64,000 nucleotides of DNA. Source: Gemmatimonadota bacterium. Lineage in GTDB: Bacteria > Gemmatimonadota > Gemmatimonadetes > Longimicrobiales > Gaopeijiaceae. The DNA lies in the NCBI GenBank assembly GCA_003564295.1, contig PXFI01000086.1, positions 958 through 64,957 on the forward strand. Reading direction: 5' to 3'. The notes under the pieces were generated by a model that did not search any database, was not told the origin of the DNA, and was given only the letters and a program-made list of their open reading frames with translations. The position numbers were made by a program, and so were the translations under genes. Of this stretch, positions 10,189-19,490 are shown one piece after another; position 1 is the first letter of the stretch, and each line of letters opens with the position of its first letter.

Positions 10189-12443
10189 CCCGCCAGATCC
10201 TCCTGATCGAAATGCTCCCGACGCTCCACCCCGAGAACGCCCTTCACCTTCTTCACGGCCTTCACCACGCGATTCAGGTGGCTCAGGTCTTCAACCTCCA
10301 CCACGAACTGGGCGTCCATCCCGCCGTCGGATGCCCGCATGTCGGCGTGTTGGATGTCGGTACCGGTATCGTTGATGGCCTTGGCCACGTCCGAGAGGAG
10401 ACCCCGGCGATCGGTGCCATGCATCTGGAGCTTCACGAAGAAGTGCTCGCCCTGCTCGGCTCGCCACTCGATCTCAACTCTTCGTTCCCCATCCTGGGAG
10501 AGGCTCAGAATGTTGGGACAGTCCCCGCGATGGATGGAGACCCCACGCCCTCTGGTGATATACCCCACCACCTTGTCCCCCGGCACGGGCTGACAGCACT
10601 GGGAGTAGCGGACCATGAGATTGTCCATCCCATGGATGCGGACCCCCCGGTCGGACCTGGTGAGGACGGCACTGATGCGCTGAAGAGTGGTGGGCGCCCG
10701 CTCCGGCGTCTTTTCCGAAGCCCGGTCCGGGTAGAGCTCCTTCATGACCGCGGCAGGCCCCAGATCGCCCCGGCCAAGGACTTCGTAGAGGTGGCTCACA
10801 TCCCGGTACCCGAGGGTCTCGGCAACCTCCCCCAGCCGGTCCTCCCCCGGTCGGTCCTCCCTTGCCTTTCGAAACGTCCGGTCCAGGATCTCCTTGCCCA
10901 GGGCGACGGCCGATTCGAACTCCTCCTTTCGGATCCATTGGCGGATGCGCTGCCTGGCCCGGGAGGTCTTCACGAAGGCCAGCCAATCCCGGTTGGGCTT
11001 CTGCCTCGGGGAGGTCATGATCTCCACCGTGTCCCCGTTCTTGAGCTTCCGGGAAAGGGGCGCGATCCGGCCGTTCACTTTGGCGCCGGCGCAGTGCAAT
11101 CCCACCTCGCTGTGGACCGCGAAGGCGAAGTCGATTGGAGTGGCGCCCATGGGGAGCTGCTTCACGTCGCCCTTTGGGGTGAAGACGAAGATCTCCCCCT
11201 GGAAAAGATCCATGCGGAGGAATTCCATGAACTCCTCGGGCTCGCTGGCGTCTTGCTGCCACTCCAGGACCTGTCTGAACCAGTTCAGGGCATCGTCCAC
11301 CTCGCTGTCACCCCCGGACCGCCCGGCGATCATCTCCTTGTAGCGCCAATGGGCAGCGATGCCATACTCTCCCGTGCGGTGCATCTCCTCGGTGCGGATC
11401 TGGATCTCGTACCGGCGCCCTCCCGGGCCCACCACGGTGGTGTGCAGGGAGCGATACATGTTGGACTTCGGGGTGGCCACGTAGTCGTGGAACCGCTCGT
11501 GGATGGGGGTCCAGCGGGAATGGATCACCCCCAGAGCTGCATAGCAGTTCGGCAGCGTGTCGGTGATGACCCGCATGGCCATGAGATCGTAGATCTCCTC
11601 GAAGGGCTTCCCTCGGTTCATCATCTTCCGATAGATGGACCAGATGTGCTTCGGGCGCCCGGTGACCTTGGCCGGGATCCCGGCCCGCTTCAGCTCCTCC
11701 ATGAGGGGCCGTTGCATCTCGAGAATCTGGCGCTCCCGTTCCTTTCGGCTCTGCCGGATCTTCCGTTGAAGGTCTTCGTAGGCCTCGGGCTCCAGGACCC
11801 GGAAGGCCAGATCCTCCAGCTCCCACTTTAAGGCCGCCATGCCCAGGCGATGGGCCAGGGGCGCGTAGATCTCCCTGGTCTCCAGGGCTATCCCTTTCTG
11901 TTTTTCCGCAGGCAGATGCTGGAGGGTCCTCATGTTGTGCAGGCGATCCGCCAGCTTGATGAGGATCACCCGGGCATCCTGCGCCATGGAGAGGAGAAGC
12001 TTTCGGTAGTTCTCGACCTGCTGCTCCGTGTGGGACCGAAACTCCACCCGGCCGATCTTGGTGACACCGTCCACGATCTGGCCTACCTCGAACCCGAAGC
12101 GCTCTTCGATGTCGGTGAGGGTGAAATGGGTATCCTCCACCACGTCGTGGATGAGGGCAGAAACCAGGGAGGCCGTGTCCAGCTTGAACTGCGCCAGGAG
12201 GGTGGCGACTTCCACCACGTGGTTGACGTACTCCTCCCCCGAGGCCCGCTTCTGCCCGGCGTGGGCTTCGACGGCCAGCTGATAAGCTCGACGGACCTGG
12301 TCCACGTCCAATCGGTCGGCGTACCGCTCCATGGCTCGGGCCAGGGGCCGGGGCAGACCCCGGATGGTGACGGTGGGAGTGCGCTTCTCCTCGCCTCCAT
12401 CCTCCAGGGATCGGGCCGCAGCTCGGGTAGTCTCGATAGCCAT
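10185..12443 (-). CDS. rel: Bifunctional (p)ppGpp synthetase/hydrolase RelA/SpoT family
   Basis: 752 aa. HD hydrolase region (HDVVEDT), RelA_SpoT synthetase region ([15 protein letters not shown]), then TGS and ACT-like C-terminal domains. Confidence 0.95.
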   Translation of the reverse strand: MAIETTRAAARSLEDGGEEKRTPTVTIRGLPRPLARAMERYADRLDVDQVRRAYQLAVEAHAGQKRASGEEYVNHVVEVATLLAQFKLDTASLVSALIHDVVEDTHFTLTDIEERFGFEVGQIVDGVTKIGRVEFRSHTEQQVENYRKLLLSMAQDARVILIKLADRLHNMRTLQHLPAEKQKGIALETREIYAPLAHRLGMAALKWELEDLAFRVLEPEAYEDLQRKIRQSRKERERQILEMQRPLMEELKRAGIPAKVTGRPKHIWSIYRKMMNRGKPFEEIYDLMAMRVITDTLPNCYAALGVIHSRWTPIHERFHDYVATPKSNMYRSLHTTVVGPGGRRYEIQIRTEEMHRTGEYGIAAHWRYKEMIAGRSGGDSEVDDALNWFRQVLEWQQDASEPEEFMEFLRMDLFQGEIFVFTPKGDVKQLPMGATPIDFAFAVHSEVGLHCAGAKVNGRIAPLSRKLKNGDTVEIMTSPRQKPNRDWLAFVKTSRARQRIRQWIRKEEFESAVALGKEILDRTFRKAREDRPGEDRLGEVAETLGYRDVSHLYEVLGRGDLGPAAVMKELYPDRASEKTPERAPTTLQRISAVLTRSDRGVRIHGMDNLMVRYSQCCQPVPGDKVVGYITRGRGVSIHRGDCPNILSLSQDGERRVEIEWRAEQGEHFFVKLQMHGTDRRGLLSDVAKAINDTGTDIQHADMRASDGGMDAQFVVEVEDLSHLNRVVKAVKKVKGVLGVERREHFDQEDLAG

Positions 12444-12549
12444 GGTGGTAGCAATCTAACGGATGGGAGCCAGCTTCCCATAGGACACCACACAGGGTCC
12501 GGAGGTTCACCCGCCCCGGCCCAGGATGCCCCTTCCTTCAGGGAAAAGG

Positions 12550-13515
12550 TCAACCTTTCGTGGAGAGGCGAGGGGCAGTAGCGGCGAAGGCATGGAGCCC
12601 CCCCACTTCTGCCAACGAGACGTAGCTCCCCTCTCCCACGATGACATGATCCAGCACCGGGATTCCGACGGTGGATCCGGCTGACACCAGCTGCCGTGTC
12701 ACCGCCCGATCCTCCTGGCTGGGGGTGGGATCTCCCGAAGGGTGGTTGTGGACCAGAATCACCCCGGCCGCGCTCTCAACGATGGCGGCCCTGAACACTT
12801 CCCTGGGGTGGATCAGCGACGCGTCCAGGATGCCCCGGGTGACGAGGACATCCCGGATCACCCTGTGCTGGGTGTTCAGAAGGAGCGCGTGGAACTCCTC
12901 CTGTAGCAGGTCCCGGAGCAGGGGCCCCACCCGGGCGAAGACGTCCGCCGGACCCCGGATGGGCTCGTCCTTCCCTTCCGGCTCGGCCGCGGCCCGACGG
13001 CCCAGCTCCAGGGCGGCTACGATACGAGCGGCGGTGGCCCCACCGACGCCGGCCTCCATTTCAAGGACGCCGGGAGGAAGGGTGGCCAGGCGGCGGAGCG
13101 AGCGCCCCCCCCTGCTGCTGGCATGATTCCGAGCAGCGTCCGCCTCCCCCTCGGATCCTCCGGCGCAAGCCAGGGCCACCCGGCTCAGGAGCCCACCGGC
13201 CACGTCCAGGGCGGACCCGTTCACCCCTCCGCTGCCGATAAGAATAGCCAGGAGCTCCCGGACGGAGAGTGCGGCCGGGCCCAGCGCCCGGAGCCTCTCC
13301 CGGGGGCGGTCCTGGGGACACCAGGAACGGATGGGCACGGCCGGAACCTCCGGGGCTGCGCCTCGATTTGACGATCCAGGATTCTGCACGGCTCCCACCC
13401 ACCCGAGGACTGTGACGAAGAAGGGCCACCCTGAGAGGATGGCCCGGAGAGGTGGGCGATGGCATGCGGAAAACGGCCCGGAAGGGCGGGGAGGCGCCGG
13501 TCTATGACTTCCCAC
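12550..13515 (-). CDS. radC: RadC-like JAB-domain protein
   Basis: DRPRERL, ELLAILIGSG and the JAMM motif VHNHPSGDPTPSQEDRAVT. The ORF-track start is GTG 13515. GTG 13338 (VPIRSWCPQDRPRERL) would give a more typical 262-aa product. Confidence 0.85.
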   Translation of the reverse strand: MGSHRPAPPRPSGPFSACHRPPLRAILSGWPFFVTVLGWVGAVQNPGSSNRGAAPEVPAVPIRSWCPQDRPRERLRALGPAALSVRELLAILIGSGGVNGSALDVAGGLLSRVALACAGGSEGEADAARNHASSRGGRSLRRLATLPPGVLEMEAGVGGATAARIVAALELGRRAAAEPEGKDEPIRGPADVFARVGPLLRDLLQEEFHALLLNTQHRVIRDVLVTRGILDASLIHPREVFRAAIVESAAGVILVHNHPSGDPTPSQEDRAVTRQLVSAGSTVGIPVLDHVIVGEGSYVSLAEVGGLHAFAATAPRLSTKG

Positions 13516-13529
13516 CGGGGATCCGAGCT

Positions 13530-14165
13530 CTATCTGCGCGCGTAGTCTCGAACCCAGCCCTCAATCGTGCCCTTGACCTCTTCCCACTCGATCTGCCAGA
13601 GCATCTCAGGAGTGTCTTCGTCTTCTGCATCGTCGAAGTAGGTCAGAGCGAAGACGGTATGCCCGACGTCCGAAAGCTCGTGCTTCCGTTTGTGGAACTC
13701 GAGCATCTCCCCGAGCGTGAAGTGCTCTCGTCCGAGGGCATAGATGTCGATGAAGTCCTTCTTCGCACCCCGATGGCCGATGGCCGAGAGCTTCATGCAG
13801 GCCAGGTCCTCCAGCGCGGCCAGGCGCGCCTGGTACTCCGTCCACTCCAGCGGTTCTACGAGGTCCCGGTAGCGGTACTCGAGGAAGCTCAGCTTCACGC
13901 CCTGGGCAGATCCATGCAGGGTGCCCTTCTCGATGCCAGACACCGCCAAGGGGAGACCTGATCGGCGTAGGTCCGTGGCCAAGGCCATGGGGTCGACGAT
14001 CTCCCCCGTTGTGAACCAATCCAGGTCTACGGAGCGCCGGTGCCCGATCTGAATGGCGATGGCTGTCCCACCGGCCAGGTAGAACCCTCGCTCAGCGGCG
14101 AGAGGGCCGAGCTGACGCAACATCATCTGCTGCGTGTGCGGCATTACCTCGGGGTAGAACGACAT
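13530..14165 (-). CDS. Nucleotidyltransferase AbiEii/AbiGii-family toxin-like protein
   Basis: 211 aa. N-terminal FYLAGGTAIAIQIGHRRSVDLDWF and later KKDFIDIYAL resemble the DUF1814/AbiEii NTase family as I remember it. The ATG shares one base with the upstream stop (TGATG at 14165). Confidence 0.7.
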   Translation of the reverse strand: MSFYPEVMPHTQQMMLRQLGPLAAERGFYLAGGTAIAIQIGHRRSVDLDWFTTGEIVDPMALATDLRRSGLPLAVSGIEKGTLHGSAQGVKLSFLEYRYRDLVEPLEWTEYQARLAALEDLACMKLSAIGHRGAKKDFIDIYALGREHFTLGEMLEFHKRKHELSDVGHTVFALTYFDDAEDEDTPEMLWQIEWEEVKGTIEGWVRDYARR

Positions 14166-14521
14166 CAGCCCGTCCTGCTATGCCAAGGGTCCCTGCGAGC
14201 GGCCTCGATCCACTGGTCGACCTCGCTCCGAGGAATGTCGACAAGAAGGCTCCAGAAGCGGAGACGCGGCGGGCTCATGCCTCGCCCACGCCTCCGGATG
14301 ATGAACTCGCGAATCTCGTCGTCGCTCAGGCGTTCCTGAAGCCAGCGAACCGCTTGCAGGCCGCCTTTTTCGAGCAGCCGGAGAACGATCGTGTGCCGGC
14401 TCCGCTCCCACGAGAGCCGCTCCGGGTCGTAGTCCCAGAAACAGCTCCGCAGCTCCTCGGGCAGCTCGACTGTCTTCTGCTCTTCCGTCATGGCTCCCTT
14501 ACGTTGCCGGGTCTCCATCAT
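14165..14521 (-). CDS. Small partner protein of the AbiEii-like gene (putative antitoxin)
   Basis: 118 aa (..LPEELRSCFWDYDPERLSWERSRHTIVLRLLEKGG..). Translationally coupled to the NTase gene. Role inferred from gene arrangement only. Confidence 0.5.
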   Translation of the reverse strand: MMETRQRKGAMTEEQKTVELPEELRSCFWDYDPERLSWERSRHTIVLRLLEKGGLQAVRWLQERLSDDEIREFIIRRRGRGMSPPRLRFWSLLVDIPRSEVDQWIEAARRDPWHSRTG

Positions 14522-14617
14522 ACCACCCAGGAACCCCGGCAGAGGGAAACTCCGCCTCGCCCGTTGTCGGGCGAGTAGCCCCTCACCGCAAGGTCGCTCC
14601 GCCGGGGGCGCATCTCC

Positions 14618-17600
14618 TTACCCCTTCCTCCCGCAGCACTTCTTGTATTTCTTCCCGCTTCCGCACGGGCACGGATCGTTCCGTCCCGGCTCATCTTCCA
14701 CGGTGATGGGGGTGGACTTGCGCTCTTCTCCACGATTCGTGAGCAGTTGCCGGGGATCCGGGCCTCCGGGAACGGGCATGTCCCCCCTCCCCCCAACCCC
14801 CGTTCCCGGGCCGGCCGCCGCCGACCTGGACATCCCCAGCTCGTCCAATCCGCCCCGGGAGGCACCCGCCCCTGCGCCGATACCCCCCGGGGTCATTCCC
14901 GGGGCTCCTGCACCCCGGGCCGCCGCTCCAGGACCGGCCGCGGGTTGATCGGCCGGGCCCGAGTACATGAGCCGCTGGGCCGCGGCAGGGATCCGTCGCT
15001 GCTGGGGCGCCCCCATCTGAGCTCGGAAGAAGAGGGAGGTCACCGTCCGCCGGATGTCCGTCATCAGATCCACGAACATCTCGTAGGCTTCCTTCTTGTA
15101 CTCCACCAGGGGATCCTTCTGCCCCCAGCCCCGGAATCCGATGGATGCCTTCAGATGGTCCAGGTCGTACAGGTTGTCCTTCCACTTGTCATCCAGGGTC
15201 TGGAGCATGATGAAGCTCATGACCCTTTCTCCGTGCTCCCCGAAATCCCCGATCTTCCTGTGGAAATGCTCTCTGGCCGCCTCCAGGACCAACTCCGCCA
15301 CGCCCTCCGCGTGTCCGAGCTCGTGCTCGACCCCCTCCGCATCGGGAAGGCCTGGCGCCATGATGAAGAAGTCCAGGAGGAGGCGTTGCCGGAGGCCCGA
15401 AAGGTCCCATTCCTCCGGCGCGACCTCGGGGGAGCAGTATTCCTCCACCAGGTCCCGGACGGAGTACTCGATCATCTCCCAGGTCTCGCCCTTCAGCCCC
15501 TCTCCCCCTTCCAGGGCAAACAGCCGGAGATCATAGATGACCTCCCGCTGCTGGTTCATGACGTCATCATAGTCCAGCAGGCGCTTCCGGGCCTCGAAGT
15601 TGTTGCCCTCCACCCGCTTCTGGGCCTGGCCGATGGATCTGGTCACCAGCTTGTGGGTGATGACCTCTCCCTCCTGCACTCCCCACTTCTCCATGGCCCC
15701 CGCCACCCTCTCCGTCATGAAGAGGCGCATGAGGTCGTCCTCCAGGGAGAGGAAGAACTGGGAGGCTCCGGGATCTCCCTGGCGCCCGGCACGGCCGCGG
15801 AGCTGCCGGTCGATTCGCCTTGACTCGTGACGCTCGGAGCCCAGGATGTGGAGCCCCCCGAAATCCAGGACGTCATCGTCGGTGAGCTTCTCGGGCTCCT
15901 TGGAGAGGGCCGGATCCACAGGGAGGAGCTCTTCCGGATTGAGGCCGCGGGCCTTGGCCCAGGCTACGCTCCGGGTATCGGTAACGCCCTTCCCCAGCTT
16001 GATGTCCGTCCCTCGGCCGGCCATGTTGGTGGCGATGGTGACGGCCCCGGGAATGCCCGCCTCCGCCACGATTTCCGACTCGCTCTTGTGGTGCTTCGCG
16101 TTCAGGACGTTGTGCTTCATCCCCCTGCGCTTGAGCATCCGGGAGAGGGTCTCCGACACCTCCACGTTCGTGGTCCCCACCAGGACCGGAAGCTCCATCT
16201 TGTTGAGGCGCTCGATCTCGTCCATGAGAGCCAGGAACTTCTCCCGCTTGGTGCGGAAGATGAGATCGTCCCGATCGTCCCGGACTACGGGACGGTTGGT
16301 GGGAATGACCAGGACCTCCAGGTTGTAGATCTGGTGGAACTCGTTCTCCTCCGTCTCCGCCGTACCGGTCATTCCTGCCAGCTTATCGTACATCCGGAAA
16401 TAGTTCTGGATGGTGATGGTGGCCAGCGTCTGGGTCTCCCCCCGGACCTCTACTCCCTCCTTCGCCTCCACGGCCTGGTGCAGACCATCGCTCCAGCGCC
16501 GCCCGGCCATCTGGCGACCGGTGAACTCGTCCACGATTACGACCGATCCCTCTTCCCCGATGATGTACTGCTCGTCCTTGTGGAAGAGGGTATAGGCCTT
16601 CAGGAGCTGGTGGATTACGTGCATCTTCTGGCTCTTGGCCGCGTACGAGGCCTCCAGCTCCTGGATGGCGATCCGCTTCTCCTCCACAGACTTACTCTCG
16701 TCCTCCTGGATGGCCCCAATGGCTTCCGAAAGGTCAGGGATCACGAAAGCATCAGGATCGTTGGGCGAGAGCTCCTCGATGCCCATGTCCGACAGGTGGA
16801 CGTTGTGTCCCTTCTCGTCCATGGCGAAAAAGAGCTGCTCGTCGATCCGGTAGAGGATCTTCTCCCTCATGTAGTTCGCCTCCACCCGCTGTACCAGCTT
16901 CTGCAGGCGGGGCTCGTCGGCGAACATCTTCAGGAGCTTCCTGTGCTTGGGGGTTCCCCTCTTGACGGCCAGGAGCTTTTCCCCGGCGGCGTATTCGTCG
17001 TTCTCGTCACCGCTCGCCAGGAGCTTCTCGGCTTCCGAGACCAGCTGATTCGCGAGCCGGGTCTGCTTGCGGTAGAGGTTGGCAACCAGGGAAGCATACT
17101 GCTTGAATGGGGTGGAGGTGTCCCTTCCCACGGCACCGGAGATGATGAGGGGCGTCCGGGCCTCATCGATGAGAATGGAGTCCACCTCGTCGATGATGGC
17201 GTAATGATGGCCCTGCTGGACCCGCTGCTCCAGCGTGTGGACCATGTTGTCCCGCAGGTAGTCGAACCCGAATTCGTTGTTGGTCCCGTAGGTGATGTCG
17301 GCGTTGTAGGCCTCCCGTCTCTGGGCGGTTCCCGGCTCGTGGAGGTCGATGACGTCCACCTTGAGGCCCAGGAAATCGTAGATCACCCCCATCCACTCGG
17401 CGTCGCGCTGGGCCAGGTAGGAGTTCACCGTCACCAGGTGAGCCCCGCGCCCCGCCAGGGAGTTGAGATACAGGGGCATGGTGGCCACCAGGGTCTTCCC
17501 CTCCCCCGTGGCCATCTCCGTCACCTTCCCCCTGTGCAGGGCGATGGCTCCGAGGAGCTGCACATCGTAGGGCACCATGTCCCAGACCATCTTCTGGCCC

Positions 17601-17983
17601 GTCACCACGATGGGCTTGCCCAGATTCCGGCGACATGCCTCCTTCACCACGGCGAAGGCTTCCGGCAGGATTTCGTCCAGGACCGTCCAGATATCCTTGA
17701 GAAGCTCCGCCTCCAGCGCGCCTATCTTCTCGGTCAGGGCCTCCCGGTGGCCGGCATCCTCCGACCCCCGCTTCTCCTCCCTGAGTGCCTCGATGCGCTC
17801 CTCCAGGTTCCGAACCCGTTCCTTGACCCGGGCACGGAATTCCTCGGTCTTTCCCTTCAGCTCGTCATCGGAAAGGGAGGACAGGCCTTCGAAGACCCGG
17901 TTGATCTCGTCGACGATGGGCTGAAGCTTCTTCACTTCCCGGGCATGCTGGGACCCCAGGACCCTCTTCAGTAATGCTTTCAT
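14618..17983 (-). CDS. secA: Preprotein translocase ATPase SecA
   Basis: 1121 aa. MATGEGKTLV Walker A, DEVDSILIDEARTPLIISG, TNMAGRGTDIKLG, and a C-terminal zinc motif CPCGSGKKYKKCCG. Confidence 0.97.
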   Translation of the reverse strand: MKALLKRVLGSQHAREVKKLQPIVDEINRVFEGLSSLSDDELKGKTEEFRARVKERVRNLEERIEALREEKRGSEDAGHREALTEKIGALEAELLKDIWTVLDEILPEAFAVVKEACRRNLGKPIVVTGQKMVWDMVPYDVQLLGAIALHRGKVTEMATGEGKTLVATMPLYLNSLAGRGAHLVTVNSYLAQRDAEWMGVIYDFLGLKVDVIDLHEPGTAQRREAYNADITYGTNNEFGFDYLRDNMVHTLEQRVQQGHHYAIIDEVDSILIDEARTPLIISGAVGRDTSTPFKQYASLVANLYRKQTRLANQLVSEAEKLLASGDENDEYAAGEKLLAVKRGTPKHRKLLKMFADEPRLQKLVQRVEANYMREKILYRIDEQLFFAMDEKGHNVHLSDMGIEELSPNDPDAFVIPDLSEAIGAIQEDESKSVEEKRIAIQELEASYAAKSQKMHVIHQLLKAYTLFHKDEQYIIGEEGSVVIVDEFTGRQMAGRRWSDGLHQAVEAKEGVEVRGETQTLATITIQNYFRMYDKLAGMTGTAETEENEFHQIYNLEVLVIPTNRPVVRDDRDDLIFRTKREKFLALMDEIERLNKMELPVLVGTTNVEVSETLSRMLKRRGMKHNVLNAKHHKSESEIVAEAGIPGAVTIATNMAGRGTDIKLGKGVTDTRSVAWAKARGLNPEELLPVDPALSKEPEKLTDDDVLDFGGLHILGSERHESRRIDRQLRGRAGRQGDPGASQFFLSLEDDLMRLFMTERVAGAMEKWGVQEGEVITHKLVTRSIGQAQKRVEGNNFEARKRLLDYDDVMNQQREVIYDLRLFALEGGEGLKGETWEMIEYSVRDLVEEYCSPEVAPEEWDLSGLRQRLLLDFFIMAPGLPDAEGVEHELGHAEGVAELVLEAAREHFHRKIGDFGEHGERVMSFIMLQTLDDKWKDNLYDLDHLKASIGFRGWGQKDPLVEYKKEAYEMFVDLMTDIRRTVTSLFFRAQMGAPQQRRIPAAAQRLMYSGPADQPAAGPGAAARGAGAPGMTPGGIGAGAGASRGGLDELGMSRSAAAGPGTGVGGRGDMPVPGGPDPRQLLTNRGEERKSTPITVEDEPGRNDPCPCGSGKKYKKCCGRKG

Positions 17984-18591
17984 GGGATTGATCGATAAAG
18001 GCCATGGTCCTCCATGATCCTCCGGACCTCCGGAGGAACCAGATACCGAACGGAGCGCCCTTCCCTGACGCGGCCCCGGATATCGGTGGAGGAGACGTCC
18101 AGGCGCGTCACGGGTATGCGAACGAAATCGACCTTCAAGTCGGCCGGCAAGGTCATGGTGGAGACCGGGTCCACGCCAGAGCCCTCCCGGGCCATGGCCA
18201 CCAGCGTTGCCAGGGATGCGATGGCTTCAGGCTCCCTCCACTCATGGAACTCGGCGAGCTGATCGGCGCCCAGAAGGAAGAAGAGCTCGGTCTCGGGATG
18301 CATGTCGCGGAAGGCCCGAAGGGTGTCGACGGTATACGTGGGACCGGGCCTTTCCATCTCCACGGCGCTCACCCCGAAAGCGGGATTGCCGGCCACCGCC
18401 GCCCGAACCATCTCCAGTCGCAGTTCAGGGGGCGATAGGGAGTCCCTAACCTTGTGAGGTGGAAGGCCGGCCACAACGAACAGGAGGCGATCCAGGGCGA
18501 GTCGCTCCACAGCGTCCTGGGCTACTACCAGATGTCCGAGGTGGAGAGGATCGAACGTGCCCCCAAAGAGGCCCAGGCGGTGAAATCCCAC
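17980..18591 (-). CDS. nadD: Nicotinate-nucleotide adenylyltransferase
   Basis: GLFGGTFDPLHLGHL (the (H/T)xGH motif) and VSSTDIR. GTG start. The stop overlaps the secA ATG (ATGA). Confidence 0.9.
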   Translation of the reverse strand: MGFHRLGLFGGTFDPLHLGHLVVAQDAVERLALDRLLFVVAGLPPHKVRDSLSPPELRLEMVRAAVAGNPAFGVSAVEMERPGPTYTVDTLRAFRDMHPETELFFLLGADQLAEFHEWREPEAIASLATLVAMAREGSGVDPVSTMTLPADLKVDFVRIPVTRLDVSSTDIRGRVREGRSVRYLVPPEVRRIMEDHGLYRSIP

Positions 18592-18594
18592 GTT

Positions 18595-19344
18595 TCAAAG
18601 GCCCCCATCGTCGGTGGTGCGGACCTCCCTTGCGGCGTCCGAATCCGGGAATTCCCTCAGGAGGCGCCCCCGCACCTCCTCGGCCTCCGTATCCCAGTTC
18701 ATGGCGGAATAGGACTGGAACAGGCGGAGGAGTGCCTTGGCCGCCCACTCACTCCTGGGGTACTGCCTCAGCAGGTCGTTGAAGTAGATGATCCCCGAGT
18801 GATAGAAATTCCGCCGGTAGTAGAAGTCCCCTGCCAGGAAGATCTTCTCTGCCAGCTTTGCCTCCATCTCTTCCCTTATGGCCCGGGCCTCCGCAGCCAC
18901 GGGGTGGTTCCGGAAGTCGGTGGAGGTGTTCTCGCAGGAGTTCCAGGCCTGGACCGTTGCGGCCTGATCCCGCTGGACGTGGGGGGATTGGGCCGCAAAG
19001 GACTTGCAGATCCCAAGAGAAGCCTCCGAGGCCAGGGCATGCCCCGGGTGCCGATCCAGGATCCTTGTGAACTCACTGGTGGCGGTGATGTAATTGCCCT
19101 GGTTGTAGTGAGCCCGGGCCAGATACATCCGGGCCTCCACAATGCGAGGATAGGTGGGGTCGGCGAAGAGGAGGCGCTCGAAGACCTCCGCCGCCTTACT
19201 CCAATCCTCTTCCTCGAACCGCTGGGCCCCCAGTTCGAAGAGCTGGTCTGCACTCATTCCCTGATAGGGAGGCGTGGAGGCGCATCCCCCCAAGAGGATC
19301 CCAAAGAGGAAAGCGAAGATGGCTTTGACGTGTGCAGTGTGCAT
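18595..19344 (-). CDS. bamD: Outer membrane protein assembly factor BamD (TPR lipoprotein)
   Basis: Start trimmed to ATG 19344: MHTAHVKAIFAFLFGILLGGCAS (lipobox). TPR-like helices and the DFYYRRNFYHSGIIYFNDLLRQYP region are typical of BamD/YfiO. Confidence 0.75.
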   Translation of the reverse strand: MHTAHVKAIFAFLFGILLGGCASTPPYQGMSADQLFELGAQRFEEEDWSKAAEVFERLLFADPTYPRIVEARMYLARAHYNQGNYITATSEFTRILDRHPGHALASEASLGICKSFAAQSPHVQRDQAATVQAWNSCENTSTDFRNHPVAAEARAIREEMEAKLAEKIFLAGDFYYRRNFYHSGIIYFNDLLRQYPRSEWAAKALLRLFQSYSAMNWDTEAEEVRGRLLREFPDSDAAREVRTTDDGGL

Positions 19345-19490
19345 CTTGAACGAATACCCTCCAGGCAGCCAGGAGTTCGTCGGCCAATCAGGAAAAATGG
19401 CCAGATACCACGACGCCGGGAAGGCCAGGGCCCTCCGCCACCATCCCGGACCAGGGGAGGCTCGGCCTTGACCTGTCCGCCTCTCGAGCT

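Noticed and set aside
10164-11831. 555-aa plus-strand ORF. Similar long plus-strand ORFs occur at 15827-17974, 30863-33055, 45615-46994, 53249-54748, 54970-57063 and 57118-59181.
   Set aside because: Each lies antisense to a strongly conserved minus-strand gene (rel, secA, rpoA/rpsD, tuf, rpoC, rpoB). Their translations are Arg/Pro/Gly/Leu-rich with no recognisable motifs. Long stop-free antisense frames are expected in GC-rich DNA.
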